Shown here: positions 62,605 to 64,000 of the stretch, in pieces
Position numbering within the stretch: position 1 is the first letter of the stretch
Layout: every line of letters starts with the position of its first letter
Source: Octopus sinensis
Taxonomy: Eukaryota
Direction of reading: 5' to 3'
NCBI RefSeq assembly: GCF_006345805.1
Contig: NC_043000.1
Span: forward strand, 134,416,001-134,480,000
DNA: 64,000 nt
Position numbers and translations under genes: made by a program
The notes under the pieces: model-generated
The model's database searches: none
Seen by the model: only the letters and a program-made list of their open reading frames with translations
What the model was told of the DNA's origin: nothing

Positions 62605-64000
62605 TTTCATGTTCCTGGATGACCCAAATCACAATGAATTGATCCAGTTACATCATGTTTGTATAAGTTGGATTAGTCTCTTCAGATATTGTTTTACAGC
62701 TGGCTGCTCTTCCTATCACCAATTCTTTAGTCAACCCTCATGACATGCAAGAACAAAGTATCTGTATTCTAGACCATGATACACATGGTAATATAAGAGC
62801 AAGAATATATTAAACTTAAGACTGCAGCTATTCCCCTGTGGCAGAAAAAAACTTTAAAATATTCAGTGACAATATAACAAACATAAAAATACTACTACTA
62901 TTCCCCTACTAATAAATCCATAGGAACCACAACTTGAAGACACTAGCAAAATTACTTCAGTAATCATTGTAATATCAAGCTGTTGAATTAATTGAAACTG
63001 TAACCACAATCAAAACTGAGCATTAAATAATTATTGTAAAGTCACAAGCCATAATGATAAACAAACCTTAGAATCCTACATAAGCCATTTAAACCAATAT
63101 TATCGTAAAAATAACTAATTTAAAGTATCTTTCCTCCTGTTAAGGCATAATTTGTATTCTCTGTAAACAAGACTGGATTTATGTCACTTGTGGAAAATGT
63201 CTAATTTCTTCCCTGTTTAAAAACATACCATAAATTTTAAAAACACGATAAACAGGAATGCAAACGTGTTTGAGAACAGCCTTGATGCTGTTCCTTTCTA
63301 ATTATACAATATAAACAGATAGACTTCAAACCTAAATAAATAAACCTAAAAGAATAGTGATAAGTGATATGAATGAGTGATGCAGTGGAATTTAAAACAA
63401 AGGGGATAGAAACTAAACTGAGAAGGGAGGCGATAAAAAAAAAAGGGTAGTGAGATAGAGAGAAGCCCAGAGAAATAAAATCATGTAAAATAACTATAGA
63501 GAGAGACAAGAGTAAAAATAGGAATAGAAAGCAAGGGTGGAAAACCTTACAAGCAAGAGAAGGAGAGAAAAAGAGAAATGTTTACATATATACATTGGTT
63601 TAGTTTGTAAGAAATAATTTCCTGAAGTCATGTCTCTATATTTATATGGTGATTACTTTAAAATAAAATGAAGGAAATAAAACAGTGTTATGCAGAATTT
63701 TAGAACACTTTAAATACAAAACAAAACTATTACTATTGCACAAAAGTAGTGGTAGTGTTGGTGGTGGTGATGGCAGCGGCGGCAATGATGATGATGAGGA
63801 GGGAAGAGAGAGAGAGAGAGACTGAGTGAGGTGTCAGTGAGTGTTTTTAAATGAAACTCAGAGGAAAATGGAAAGAAAAATTTTCTTTATCTCCTGAAGT
63901 CATTTCCATTCACATATATAAATTAATTCATATATTTACTAGGAATATATACATATGTAACATAAGCCTTCCTTTTTTTTTCTTCCAATTATTTACAAAA

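Noticed and set aside
63229-63297. 69-nt phase 0/0 exon candidate KGTASRLFSNTFAFLFIVFLKFM
   Set aside because: Weak polypyrimidine tract and no resemblance to the PDZ-GEF N-terminus; could be a UTR exon but cannot be supported.

Overview
AT-rich, repeat-dense eukaryotic DNA. The SINE/MITE families look like those of an octopus (coleoid cephalopod); this is recognition from memory, not a database result. Only one host-gene exon is recognisable with confidence: 42148-42275 (minus strand, 128 nt, AG/GT-bounded, DLDIIYSYLHGMEALSLSRESALKALCRTVRYEYHDANEILYC), from the N-terminal cyclic-nucleotide-binding-like domain of a PDZ-GEF (RAPGEF2/6 orthologue). I could not find its neighbouring exons, so most or all of the window is probably very large introns of that gene. 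The rest is a layered mobilome: a full-length dead mariner plus a 5' fragment, a decayed hAT transposase, RTE, CR1 and R4/Dong LINE fragments, three Helitron/Helentron-like non-autonomous elements, piggyBac-, hAT- and Tc2-like MITEs, at least five SINE-like families and many microsatellites. Most supplied ORFs are artefacts of these repeats. The most interesting unexplained structures are: (i) a head-to-head inverted duplication carrying two gaplessly alignable small hydrophobic ORFs (2276-3559); (ii) a CpG-retaining candidate internal first exon (33287-33388) bracketed by an inverted pair of near-identical CR1 ends; (iii) two local inverted templated copies at 28.3-31.0 kb; (iv) a compact Fox/GATA/DR1/Cdx motif cluster at 46.55-46.70 kb. 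All alignments were done by eye, and repeat boundaries are approximate unless a TSD or TIR is quoted. I found no clear new multi-gene system.
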